In this document: positions 38,600-51,282 of the stretch, piece by piece
How the letters are laid out: each line of letters starts with the position of its first letter
Position numbering within the stretch: the stretch's first letter is position 1
Source: Vicugna vicugna
Lineage: Eukaryota
Direction: 5' to 3'
Length of the DNA: 64,000 nucleotides
Assembly (NCBI GenBank): GCA_013265495.1
Contig: MU058153.1
Span: forward strand, 1-64,000
The notes under the pieces: generated by a model
Told to the model about the DNA's origin: nothing
Database searches by the model: none
The model's input: the letters and a program-made list of their open reading frames with translations, nothing else
Translations under genes and position numbers: made by a program

Positions 38600-39790
38600 G
38601 TCGAGAGAATAATGTATTCGTAGATAAAGAGAGTTTTATCTGAAGTTACGGTGTAAGAGGATATTAACACCAGTAAAATCTAGTTTAAGAAAAACCATAC
38701 TTATATATGAGACTGCCAAAGGATAATGGGTTCAAAGAAGTCCAGAAAAACCCATTTCAAAAGAAAGGATTTCTTCACGAGTGAAGAGAGAGTCCTGACT
38801 CTTTCCTGGTGGAAGATTCCATGTTTAAGTGTGGGCAAGAAAATGCCTTCTAGAAAATCTGCACAATTGAGGAGAGACTCCTAACAGGATCAACCTATTG
38901 GTAATGGTGAGGAAGGCAAGGAGGTTTGGAGCTGCAAATCTAACAGAAGTAAAAACAATCATTTTAGCCTGGAAATTCATAATTCTACCCAATTTATCTG
39001 AGTAAATGACAGTGAACTCAGGGCTGAAAAGTACAGAGAATATCTACAGTCTTGAGCATTCTCACAGTGCTTGGAACAAAATGACCCCAACTGCAGATTC
39101 TGAAGGTGAAAGCATAAACTGTCTTTGAACCAAATCTAATAAAATAAAAGAGATTAGCCAGAGTAACTAAGAGGGACCACAGTAACTCACTGGTTGGTAG
39201 TTGGACTAACCAAAAGTGCATTCAATTTTATTAAAGCTGAAGCTAGATTAGAGATTAACTTGACACTCTATCTTAGTTGTCAGACATAGGAAAAGACTCG
39301 CCATTTCTGGGAGAAACTGAACAAAACAGAAGAATACTTCAAACTCCACCATTATTCTGCATTTACAATAAAAAATATAAAATATGCAAGAAATATTAGA
39401 ATTAGCAGGTAAGAACTTATTTTAATGAATTTAAATATGTTTAAAGACTTACATGAAAATAATGAAATGAATAGGTGAATGAATGTTGATTCTCAGCAAA
39501 GAAAGGGAAATTGAAAAATAACTGAGTCAAAATTTTAGAGTCAAAAATTCAATACCTAAAATGAAAAAGAAACAAAAGCAAGCATAAAAGAAAGCAATAA
39601 GCACTAGATAAACTTAATAGATGAATGGAAATATCAATAAACTTGAAAATAGGCCAACGAGCATTAATTAAGTAGAAGCTCATATGGCAAAATAAAAAAT
39701 TTAATGAATAAATTATAAATAACCAGTGGAAAAATGTGAAGCAATCTAATACATGTGTAATTGGACTCCAGGAAAGACTAAAAAAAGTAT
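38600..39790 (+). mobile_element. Old L1 5'/ORF1 remnant
   Basis: ORF1-like 'ataaacttgaaaataggcca...gaagcaatctaatacatgtgtaattggactccagga'; the 5' boundary is uncertain. Confidence 0.6.
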
Positions 39791-40279
39791 ACAATAGTTT
39801 AGCTCACAGCTTCATATGAACGAATCTCCAAGACTTTATTTAATTAGAATCTATTTTAAGTAATCACCCATGAAATAGGCAACTCAAAAGAATTAAAACC
39901 TTAGTTTCCATTTGAAGAAGAGTTTTTGAGTTTGTGTTCATTCCTACATTGAGGTACCAAAATTCTTGAAAATATTTATTCCTGTAGTTAAGGAAAGGAA
40001 TTTGAACATTCAGAATTGGCATAAAGGAGAAACAGAAAAATAAGATTAAGGCAACTGATTATTTGTTTTTTAATCGGGACAAATATATATTCAGCAGCTC
40101 ACTGGACTCTGAGTTGAGAGATCTGGCTCTAGTCCAGAGTTACTCCCTGATTAGTTGCGTGAGTTTGGGTTAGGGCAGTTTTCCTTCTTCTGCCCCAGTT
40201 CCTTCTACAGGTGAAGTATTTGAAGATGAATCTTCTGGTCTCATATACCTCTGAGAGTCTATGAAAGTAATACTTAATT

Positions 40280-40504
40280 CAAGGATCAGTAAACTATGGC
40301 TGAGGGCCAAATCTGGCCCACTGTCTACTGCTGTAGATTAAGTTTTATTGGAAAACAGCCACGCTTATTCATTAACATATTGTCTATGGCTGCTTTCAAG
40401 ATGCAAAGCAGGGCTGAGTTATTGCAATTAAGGCCATATGACCTTCAAAGCCTAAAATACGTGCTATCTGTGTGTTTATTATAGAAGAGTTCACCAACTC
40501 TCTG
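40280..40504 (+). mobile_element. MER58A-like hAT-Charlie MITE
   Basis: 'caaggatcagtaaactatggctgagggccaaatctggccca...ttttattggaaaacagccac...aagcctaaaata'. Confidence 0.9.
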
Positions 40505-41249
40505 GCTTATCTGAATGGAAAGTAAACCTCTGAAAACTATCCCCAGTGTCCTAATTCTGCATTTACCTGCATGGCCCCAGGGAGTCTAAGCTCTGCTTCA
40601 TTAATTTGCTTACTGCTGAGAAGCACTGACTGCCCTTTCCAAGCACTTGAATGCCAAATTCCCCTAAGAGAGGATAGTGACACTAAATTGTAGTTAGGGA
40701 CAATAAAAGGGATTTTCAAGGAGAAAGTCATGCTTAACCCAGAAAAATGAATTTCAAAAATAGAGAAAGTATATGTTTGTTGTCATCTGGAGAACATATT
40801 TTATATAAAGGAATTTAATTATCAGGAATATTTTTGAAAAATGTTCTGGTCCTCCTACTTCTCAGCATATGGTATGGTTGTATATCCTATGGCAAGACTC
40901 CTTTTCCATGTGATGTAAGTTAATTATGGGTGCGCTATATCAACACATTTACAGTCCCAGAGATCAAGGCTGGAAATCTTGGTGGGGGAGGCTTAAAATT
41001 CTACATTAACACACTTCTACCTAACACAGTTGATAAGATATGAACCAAAATTATGTATTTTATTTCCCTGGAGTTACTTTTAAGAGTTACAAAAGATTTG
41101 CTATAACCCTTTTTGCTTAGCCTCAAAAACTAGCAATATTCCATGTGGTATCTATTCTATTAGTTTAATTTCAAAGTGAAATGACATAAAGATTCCATCC
41201 AACCTTTACTGGATGTGACTAAAAAAAATGGATCTTTCATTGATTTTTC

Positions 41250-41950
41250 AGTTGAAGTAAAATTTACATGCAATAAAATTCATTGAGATTGAAGTCAAAT
41301 GAAGTTTGACAAAAATATCCACATATATCTTCAATAAAAAATTCAGTCTTTTGTATTGTTATCAAACATTGCCAATATATGTTATATATTATCATATATT
41401 TTACAACTATATTGGTAATAATATGCCAATAAAATGTTGTCATTTTTGCTTTAAACAGTCAGCTGTCTTTTGAAAAACATAAGGAAAGAATAAACAGGTA
41501 ATTGTTTTTCACTCACATACTTACCACTTCTAGTTCTCATCATTCCCTATAAATCTGAGTTTTTACTTGATTACTCTTTCCTGCCTGAAACCTTCACTTC
41601 TTTTTGTAGTGCTGAATTATTGGCAAAAAAATCAGCTCAACATAAGTTTATTTGAAAATGTCTTTGGTTCTACCACATTTTTGAAGGCTATTTTTTATTG
41701 TTCATAATATTCTTGGTTGACATACTTATTTCCTTTAGCACTTTAAGAATATTGTTAATTGTATTTCAGCCATAATTGTTTCTGATAAGAAGTATGAATT
41801 TTAAATTATTTTCCTGCATATAATGCACATATAATTGACTAGAGTGGACTTAGATACAGTTTTGTTTTGTTTGTTTGTTTTTTACTGCTCTTGTTTGTTG
41901 ATCCTCTTAGATTTATAATTAGATATTTTTCATCCATTTGGGAAATCAGC
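41250..41950 (-). mobile_element. Old L1 fragments
   Basis: 'tttgaaaatgtcttt...tcttggttgaca...tttagcactttaag...ttgtttctgataagaagt'. Confidence 0.6.
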
Positions 41951-43084
41951 TTCCTATCTCCCAAATATATGCGTACGGATGAATCCATCTGGTACTGGAT
42001 ACGTTGCTTTTTTATTTCTTGTTAGGCTTCTTAGAATCTTCCCTGGTAGCGATGCTCTACCTTTCTCTCGATTTAAATGGTAGACTCCTCAGGTTAACGC
42101 AATCTTGGAGATGAGGTCTGAGGCGCCCTCCTCCTCTTTCCTACCTCTCAATTTCTTTCAAAGCTACTGTGGTGCTTCCAATAACTCCCTGGGGCTCCAA
42201 AGGGTCTTGCCCAAAAAACACTGTTCCAGGCAACAATTAAACATAAGAATATACCTATCCTAGCAAAGAAAAAGTAGTTTATGGTCAATTATAAGACATT
42301 TTTTTCCTTCACAATGTGTAGGAACCTGCAATTTAACTATTTCTAAAGAGCTGTGACCATGGAAATACGAAAGCTTCCTGCATTTATTGACCTACTACTA
42401 GCTTAAAAAATGTGCTGCTCACAAATAAAGCAGAATAAAGCAGGAAGGTTATAGAGATGAATCCCACTAGAAGTTTAAATTGGCATATCATGTGGCATAG
42501 AGAATTTCAAAATTTTCTAAGTATTCTGTGACATTTAGCCATAGGGCTTGTTAAATTAAAAAAAAATGATGGATTGCTTTTTAGGAAGGTGACCTCTTTG
42601 TAGAAACTAGAATAAAATGCTTAATAGGTAGACATGTGCTGAGGGTTATACATCTAATATATTACAATGAAAAGGGTATTTTAACTGAGACAGGGCTGGA
42701 CCTGAATTATATCTAGTCTTGTTGCTTATTAATTATTTAATACTTCTCAAAATCAGTTTCATATATAAACATTGGAGAAATCTCAGTCTTGCAAGATTTT
42801 CTTTATGATGAAATGAGATCTGTAAGTCCACATCAATTGACAAGTCACACCCTCCAAGTTATTTTCAAACTCCTGACCCACAGAATCTATGAATATGATA
42901 CAATGATTTTTGTTTTATGCCCCAAATTTGGTATTGTTGCTACATAGCAAAAGTAATTAGAATAGTCTTCTTAGAAACAGATACATTTAACCAAATTGGA
43001 ATGACTTTCTGGTCTTACTCTACCATTTTTCTTTTTCATTCTTAATTCTTCTCCCCTCTCTCTCTTCTCATTTATCCATGCACC

Positions 43085-43440
43085 AGTTATGGTAGACAGG
43101 GCTGTACTCTAGTGAAAACAGTATGAAAATCTCAGTGGCTTAACACAACAACAGCTTATTTGCCCTTATTCAAAGTCTAGTGCGGCTCTGGGAAGCTCTC
43201 AGGAGCGGTCCAGGCATCTGTAATCTTAGGGAACCTCCACAAAAACATAGGCTCCTACAGTGGCGACGGCTGGAGAAGAGATGAGAAAGAACTGGGCAAT
43301 GGCTTTAAAATGTCCAGCGCTAGCTTGGCTCACATTTCCCCGGTCACATTAAGCCACAGAGCACACTTTACTTCCTGAGAGTGGGGAAGTGAAGTCCTTC
43401 TGCATACCCTGAGGAAAAGAATGAGACCCAGCAATGTCTG
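43085..43440 (-). mobile_element. Old MaLR (MLT1J/K-like) LTR
   Basis: 'aaatctcagtggcttaacacaaca...ttggctcacatttc'. Confidence 0.55.
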
Positions 43441-43449
43441 CCATATCTA

Positions 43450-43580
43450 ACTTCACTTTTCTCTCCTTTCTCTTTCCCTGCCTCCCTCATCTCCCTTCTG
43501 TACTCCCTCCTATTTTTCCACCTTTTCCTTCTCTCCTTCCCCTTCTTCTCTTTCTTCCTCTATGTCTCCCTTTATTTCTT
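43450..43580. repeat. CT-rich low-complexity tract
   Basis: Seen directly; explains the ORF at 43434..43796. Confidence 0.85.
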
Positions 43581-44994
43581 TGTCCAGATGCTATAGATAT
43601 GAATGCTGCTCATGTAAGCATATGTATGCGTGGGAGGGTGCGTGTCACTGAGCTTTCAGGACTTGGAGGATGCGCCAAATCATTTAGCATGTTTAAAATT
43701 TATGGAAGAAGGAAAAATGCAACTAAACAAAACAAATGCATAGCCAGAGGGATAATTCAAATCATAATCCTGAAAACAAGCAAGAATTTTAGCTAGAAAA
43801 GTGATATGTAATGTGATGCTGAAGTAACGCAATGAAACGCTAAACAGGAAGAAAAATCATGCCATTAGAACCCATGAGTATAAGAATCTTCTCAGAGTTT
43901 GAAATATTTCAGGGGTTTAGTCCAAACTTAAAGTCCTAAATAATATGTAAATTTTGGAAGTCTGCTTTTGTGTGGTGTCCAGAAAAAAAGGATCAAGCAT
44001 TCGGGTAAAAAAAAAAAACAACAGGTGCTTTGAAGACTAATGTCAGCTTATTCCCAGTAACTTGGTTTATTCTTTATGCAACCAAAGACTTCTAGATGCT
44101 TCCACTAAATGATAGAAAAATCTCAATATCACCAAGATTCTTTGAGGGCTGCTGTGGTTTTTGCAATGAGTTGATGGATTGCAGGTCTTAAGGCTCCTGG
44201 TTTTGTGTATCTGGTACAGTTTCAATACCTTAAGGTTCAAAAACAAGAAAGAAAAAAAATGTCCTTGTATCTCTTTCTTTCCTGTAGACAAATGTTCTAA
44301 GACTTAAAGGAGGGATGGAAGCCTCCTGTTTCTCATTCCTCTTTTCCTTCTAATTTAAGAGTAAATGAAATTGAGACTCTGAGTAAATTCATCCAACTCC
44401 TTAGAACCAGTTTTATAAATTAAATACATTGACTTTGATTCCTTTTGTTTTCACTCCAGCTATGTCACCTCCCATCCCTTCCACTTTCATTATATGTATT
44501 CTGGGCCTAGGAAAAATGTATTTCCTTTCTGCCTCTAACAAGAAATAAAGGAACCACTGCACACTGCTCTTGCCTTCCCCCAATCCTCAATCCTAAAGCC
44601 AAAAAATATGTTGAAGATTCTAAGATAAACTCTTGCATCATGAATTCCTTGAATAATCTAAACTTCAGTTATGGAAAGTGCCATTGCTGACTGCCAAAAA
44701 CAGTAAATATTGATCATAAGTATAGTGTTTTTGGCTCCTGGAAAAGATGGTTGACAGTCTACCCCACATAAAGCTTACACTCAAAGATGGCACAGATCTT
44801 GGTTCCATTTCTAACTCTGCTACTAGTAGTCATACATCATGACAAGTAACAACTTTCATAGGCCTCAGACATTTTATGACTATATAAAATTAGAGATTGC
44901 ATTAAATCAGTGTTTCTCAAACTTAAGTACCTCTTTTTCTTAATTTTTTGCCATATGGCTTGCATTATTTTTGCATAATATTTTTCTTTAAATA

Positions 44995-45480
44995 AACTTG
45001 AATGTTTTCTATTGCTCCATAATAAATTAATATAAACCTCCAGCTTAAAACACACACACACACATATTTATTATCTAACAGTTTCTGTGGATTGAGAGTC
45101 TAGGTCTGGCTCTGGGTCCTTTGTAAGGCTGTAATTAAGGTTGTGTTCAGGACTTGGTTCTAATCTAAAGGCTTATTTGGCAATGGATCCAATTCTAAGC
45201 TTGTTCAGAGTTTTAGTAGAATTTATTTCCTTGGGACTGTAAAACTGAGGGCCCTGGCTTCTTTCTGGGTGTTGGCTAGCGTCCGCTCTCAGTTTTTAGG
45301 GGCCACCTTCAACCTCTAGAGGACGCTGCAGCTCCTTGCCTCACGGCCCTCTCTGTAGATCCTCTCATACTCGGGAAGCTTTCTTCTGCACAGCCAGCAA
45401 GGGTGGAAGACAGGGAGGGAGTCTGCTACTGCATTTGCTGTCTAATCTAGGTAACAGGCAAGGGAGCCACTCATTCAAGT
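44995..45480 (-). mobile_element. MaLR (MLT1E/F-like) LTR
   Basis: 'ttttctattgctccataataaatta...cagcttaaaac...atttattatctaacagtttctgtgg...agaatttatttccttgggactgtaaaactgagg'. Confidence 0.7.
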
Positions 45481-45702
45481 CACGACTGTCACTATCCACA
45501 AGAGTCCTCACTTGGCATTTTAATCAATAATGCCCTAAATCCAGAATGACTTCAAGAGCTCCTTTATTTGCCTAAGGCAATTGATTTTCTTGTAATTCTT
45601 AAAATAATTTTGACCACTCTGGATAACAATGTAGTTACCAAGTTTTTTCATTTAACCAAGATATTGTTCATAAATCAGCTGCCTTCTGATCATTAGAAAC
45701 AT

Positions 45703-46257
45703 TGTTAGGTAGTTAGATAAGTGGGGGCACCGGGCAGATCCCCTCACCAGAGGAGAGGGAGGATGGTCTGGAAGGTGGAAGGCATTATGTCCACTTTCAG
45801 CATAAACGGACTTTACTTCTTCTAAATGAGTGCCAGCAAGAAACTGGTTAGAACCAGACAGCCACAACTGCTCAAAGCGAGCACTTAACCAGACATAACC
45901 CAGTGCTCATTGTAAATAATTAGCATTGTCGTTTAGGCACACCCCATGGGTTTTCCTGTATGCATCATGGGTAAGGACATGTACAGAAGGGGATGAGCAT
46001 GACTAAGCACTTCAGGGGCAAGAGCCATCTATCAAGAGACCATCTCTAAGTGAGGGTATAAGAGGAAGGGCAAAGACCAAAGAGCGCCGCCTTTCCTCCC
46101 TTGCATCAGCCCATCTCCCATTTTGGAGGTATACTTTCTCTTTTCTAAATAAATCCTTAAAAATCTTCTGCTGCACAATGCACCATCTCCTGTCTGTAAT
46201 CTTACCTTTTGGGTAAGACAAGAACTGGGGTTTTTTCCTTTTTCCTTTTGGGTAACA
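45703..46257 (+). mobile_element. ERV solo LTR (lineage-specific, ERV1-like)
   Basis: tgtta...taaca termini; TSD acat/gcat (45699-45702 / 46258-46261); TATA at 46057; AATAAA at 46148. Confidence 0.8.
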
Positions 46258-47429
46258 GCATGACTAACAATCTTAGCCACAATATTAAAAACAAACAAAC
46301 AAATAAACAAAACACGGCCTTAAATGTCTTGAATAAGCTTGAATAAGAACATTGTAAGGGGGGCAAAGAAGTCTATGAGGGCATCTTCTCTACCTCTGAA
46401 GTTAACAGCTAGAGGGGATAAGACTGTAAACAATAATGACCAATACACTCAGCACATACTCACCGACTTCAGGATGGACTCTTTACTTGCTATCTGGGAA
46501 ATGGGAAAAACTGAAGTTTGTCTTCAAATGTCCTTCATTTTGACTTAAAATCCACCCAGCATAAGGGCTACTCAGGTTCCAAGTGGATTCAACAATCCTT
46601 TCCTCTTCAGACTCTCACATAACAAAAAAGATTATTTTTCTAGAACTTATTCAATTTCCAAAAATTAAAAGAAAACAAACAACCTCAAACAATCTGCAAG
46701 CCTGTTTAGCTTTCAGTTGCTTTTACTAAAATTTCACATTTTTGCTTTGTTCTATGGAGAAGAAAATGCAGGTGTTAATACATCACTATGAAGCAGACGG
46801 AAAGAAAAAGTTGTAATAGTAACAAGCAAGCTCTGATTAGCTCTGTGTTTTAAGGTGCCTTGTGACCTAGGTTTTGTAGTCTGGAAGGCATATACTTTAT
46901 TAATTTCTCCTATTGCATTTTGTTAATCTAATAAACATATTCTTCCAGCTGCAGTTTTTAAATAGGAAATATCAGATTTTTACATTATTTCAGACATTTA
47001 TTTTGGACCATTTCATTGATGGCAAATGAATATTAAAGCTTATACCACAGGTATCCTTTATTGCTAGTTATTTACCAGTTATTTTGCTGCCTGCAGAGAT
47101 ATTGTTAGTATTTCCTCTATATGAGTTGACAGTGACAGATTTTATAAGGACTTCTCTCTGCCATTTGAAGTCATTTGCATTTATACATGTACAATTATTA
47201 CTCTGTTATTAAAATGTGCTTTAGAACTCCATAATATTGATACTATCTTTGCAATGGTAATAAGATCCAGATTCCTTAAGGCTCATAATCAGCCTAGACA
47301 TGGCATTACCTTTTTTTTTTTAAATCCATTCTATTAGTGTTTCTAGTTTCCCCCAAAGTGGAAACTTTTAGAAGAAAGAATGTTTCCCTGGTAACTCCCA
47401 TTAAATGTAACAGAAGTATATTCTTTCGA

Positions 47430-47930
47430 AGTTTATAAAGATGTTGCACTTGAAATAGTGAGATCAACCATAATGTCCATCGATAGAGGATTTCTCAAGT
47501 CAATTATGGTATGGCCAAACAATAAAATATGACATTGAACCATTCAAAGTTGCCATTTTGAAAATCAAAAGCAGTTGAATATCAGCAATTTCATATGGTT
47601 CGCCTAATATTACCTAGCAGTTTAAAAGAAGGAAGTCCATGTATTTATAAAAAAAAAAGATACCCTCAAAATATGTTTAATTCAATAAAAAAGCAAATTA
47701 TAAAAGTATATGCACTGCATGATCCCATTCTTTTTTTCTTTTTTCCTGTAGAAATAAATATGCTTGTAAATATATGAAAAATCCTGGGATGATGCACAAA
47801 CTCTTGAAACTGAGACTAGGGGATAGGGAAAATATGAGGACCCTGTTTTTTCTGCTTACACACTCTTCAAAACAACAGCTTGATTCTTCAGTATAATCAC
47901 AACCTAATGACATGGCTTATATTTTTTAAA
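47430..47930 (+). mobile_element. Old L1ME-like 3' end
   Basis: 'caaccataatgtccatcgatagagga...attatggtat' and 'tgcatgatcccattc'. Confidence 0.5.
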
Positions 47931-47957
47931 TTAAAAACCAACCAGGGTCTCTTTCCT

Positions 47958-48265
47958 CAGTGTTACTCAAAGTGTGGTCCATGGATACCACCAGTTTGCG
48001 CAATTTACCAGTCTGTAACAAGATAGGTACAGAAGCTGAGAGAAGCATTTAGTAATTTTGTAGCAATTTGGTGAGTAATTTTATGTTCATTGAATCTAAT
48101 AATGAAAAACTGGGGCTTGTATTTTGTGTGCCCTTTTTCATTTTATTTGTCTATGAATTGATTTTCGTTGTATTTTACAGAAGAATCTAACCGTGACTGA
48201 TTGGAAATAAAAAAAAAAAAGAAAGAAAGAATGGCCCTTTATGAGAGATAGTTTGAGAAGCACAG
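47958..48265 (+). mobile_element. hAT-Charlie MITE (MER5C-like)
   Basis: Terminal inverted repeats cagtgttactcaaa ... tttgagaagcacag. Confidence 0.8.
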
Positions 48266-48369
48266 GTTTATCTTTATTTTTTTCAGAATCCAAGACAGGT
48301 TCTGGCACAAAGAAGTATTGAATAAATGCAAGATGAATCAATAAATGTATGCAGCTGAGAAATTTGAGA

Positions 48370-49190
48370 GGCTCTAAGGTAATAGAATAGACAGAACTTG
48401 ATGCTGCACTGGATTGATGCTGGGGAAGAGAAGGGGTGGGGGCAGGGGTCCTGGAAGACTCCTAGGTGTTTACGTTGAGTTCCTGGGAGGTTGCTGATGC
48501 CATTCCCTAAGACCGGAAACTCCAGAAGAGGAGCAGAGTCACAATGTGCTTACAGGTGATGAATTTATTTTTGAATAGTTTGATATTGAAGTTATTTATG
48601 AGATACTCAAATGGGGATGTCTAAGAAGCAGTTAGATATAGAGGTTAAAAGCTCAGGAAGCAAGGTCTGGGCTGGAGGTGTGGATTTCAGAATGAATGCA
48701 CCACTTGGGGTGTAAAATGAGAAAGGAAGAGGCTGAGGGCAAACCTCTGGATGCTTACCACAGTGTCTGGCACTCGGTAGATAGTAACTCTTTGTCAAAT
48801 AAAGAGGTAGGTAGATATTATACTAAGTATATTAAATTCCAAGCCCAAGCTTTCCTTACTAACCCCATTCTGCTCCTAAACTACACAGCATGCTAACAGA
48901 CTGCTCGGGGCTGGGAATAGGGTGAGGAAAAAAAAAATCAGAAGCATAACAGAAAGAACGGATCCAATTATGTGGAATGCTGCTAAGAGATTAAGTGAGA
49001 TGGCAAAAGCAAAATGTCTGCTGCATTTATCAACATGAAGGACACTGATGACCTTATCAAATGCTCTTTTGAGGGAGTGATGGGGCAAAAGCTATTTGAG
49101 GCTGGCTGAAAAGTAAATATGAGTACACAAATGTAGACAGTGTGTCCATCCTTTACCAAGAAACTTAGCTATAAAGGTAAATTGAGAAAT
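48370..49190 (-). mobile_element. L2 LINE fragment
   Basis: 'gatgtctaagaagcagttagatatagagg...aaggtctgggctggaggtgtggattt' and 'aatgctgctaagagattaagtgagat...cactgatgacctt'. Confidence 0.8.
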
Positions 49191-49359
49191 TTTAGAGTTA
49201 TTGATGAGTTATTGTGTGTGGGCAATAGAGACAGAAGGCCCCTGGACCTCCAAGTAAAATACTTTATTATAATATGACTTGAACTGTTTTTAATTGTTTC
49301 ATGATACTGGTAGTCAAAATAATGCTACTGAGAAGTACATGATTTATTAAATGATCATA

Positions 49360-49560
49360 CGTGCTTAGGATTGTACCTCGGTAAGTTTACTTCATGTAGT
49401 CTTAATAACAAACTTATGAAGTAGGTTTATTTTTATTTTACAGGAGAGAAAATTTGCATTTAAAAGGAAAAATTACTTGTCCAAAGTCATTAGGTATTAA
49501 ACAGTGCAACCCAAATGTAACCCAGAATTCTCTCATTCCAGAACCTAACCCATGTAAATT
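49360..49560 (-). mobile_element. MIR SINE
   Basis: 'aacttatgaagtagg...attttacaggagagaaaatt...acttgtccaaagtca'. Confidence 0.65.
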
Positions 49561-51282
49561 ATCTACCCTAATTTCCTAAATATTAGGAAAAATACACACA
49601 TTATTATAAAAATGTTTCCATCTTCAGCAGTTCACATATATTTATTAGCTCCTTAAAGGCAGGAAACATAAATTCAAAAGAGCTTTAAGGAGAAGTCAGC
49701 AGTCCTAAATACCTGGCCTAACTTTTTCAAAAATTGGCTGCGTTTGCTGGGACAAGTCAATTTTCCACAGTAGAGCTGAGTTATATCACCGTAAATTTAG
49801 AGTTTTAGCCTAAATAGCCCTTGATATCCTTTTCAGCACTGGCATTCTATCCTTTCTTGTAATATTCTTTTATTTACATTTTAATACAATAATATATTAA
49901 AAGAATTTGAGTCCAACAGAAAGATGCCTGCTTACATTTGTAAGAGTTTATTAAATTAACTTGAGAGCAAGACAATTTTCTGATGTTGTTTATTAACATC
50001 ACTGAAAGGAATTTTTCAAGGTCTAATGATAATAATCTAGTTGTTGTCATTGTAATTTTCATTATCATCATTGTTATTAATTAATTACATCAGCTTCTTG
50101 AGGACTGAAACATTGAACTCGCACGGTTTGATGGAGTGCGAACTTAGGAACAAACCGCTCTCTCATAACAGGCTTGCATGGGATGACATTAGGTTAAGAA
50201 CACTGGAGCCCTGGAACAGTGTAAAGACACCCACACCCGAACACCTTATGCTTACTTAGTGTTCAAAATCTTAGAAGTTTAAACCTGTCGTATCAGTCTT
50301 GGTGGGAGGATGCCTGTTTCACGGCCACCCTAATTTGTTTTCTGGGAGTTCCAGCAGCTGAGGCTCAAGAATATACTTAGATTTGGCCAATTTGATGCTT
50401 GGGAGGGGAACTTTATTCCTGGAATGAGGACATAAATGAGCAAAGGGCATTCCTATCTCACATGGTGGGTTGGACACTAATGTTTTAAAAACAGTAAGCT
50501 CTAACCCACGGGGACAAAAATAAAAGGAAAGAAGATGACAGATGTCTGGGGATTAGTAACTGACTTAGCAGGCCAGATAACAATGAAATTTAAACCAGTG
50601 TGGGAGAAGTCTCACAGCCAGGGGATTACCACCATGAAGTCATAAAATGCGTCAAGAATCGGAGACAGAAAATGCTTCTGAAAATTGGCTGGATGTGTTG
50701 GAAGCCCACAGAAGAACCATTAGCTACTCACCTCTTCCTCCCCAACAAAAAGGAACCTGGAGGATGATTCCTTGGAGCAGGTGAGCCAGAGAGACTCTGA
50801 TCTTGGTGACACGGGCACAACTGAGAGCTGGGCTGGCATAATTAAATCAAGGAGGTTAAGTGAAAAATGAGATTACTCACACCTTCTCCCTCCTAGGCTT
50901 CCAGACTACTGGCAGCCAGGCTCAGACCTTTCAGAGAGAAAAACAGATATTACTTCTCTGGGTAACTAACTAGTTTAAAAGAAAATACCTAGAGAAATAG
51001 ACAATTAGGTATCTTTTCTATGAAACAACTCAACGAAGTCATCCTAAAGCCAGGACCATGGTTTGACAAGCTCAGGCAACACATGAAACATTACTGTTCC
51101 ACTTTTTCTCTGTATCAGTCTTAAATAGAAGAGTGCTTAAGATCACCCAACATTTGAGAGAATCCTGTAACATTACAGACAAAAAACCAAATCTAAACAG
51201 AAAGAAAAATAATAAGGAACTCAGAGGAAACAGGCAATGCAGAGATCAGGGCAGGGGAACACGTGAAATCAAACCATTATAA

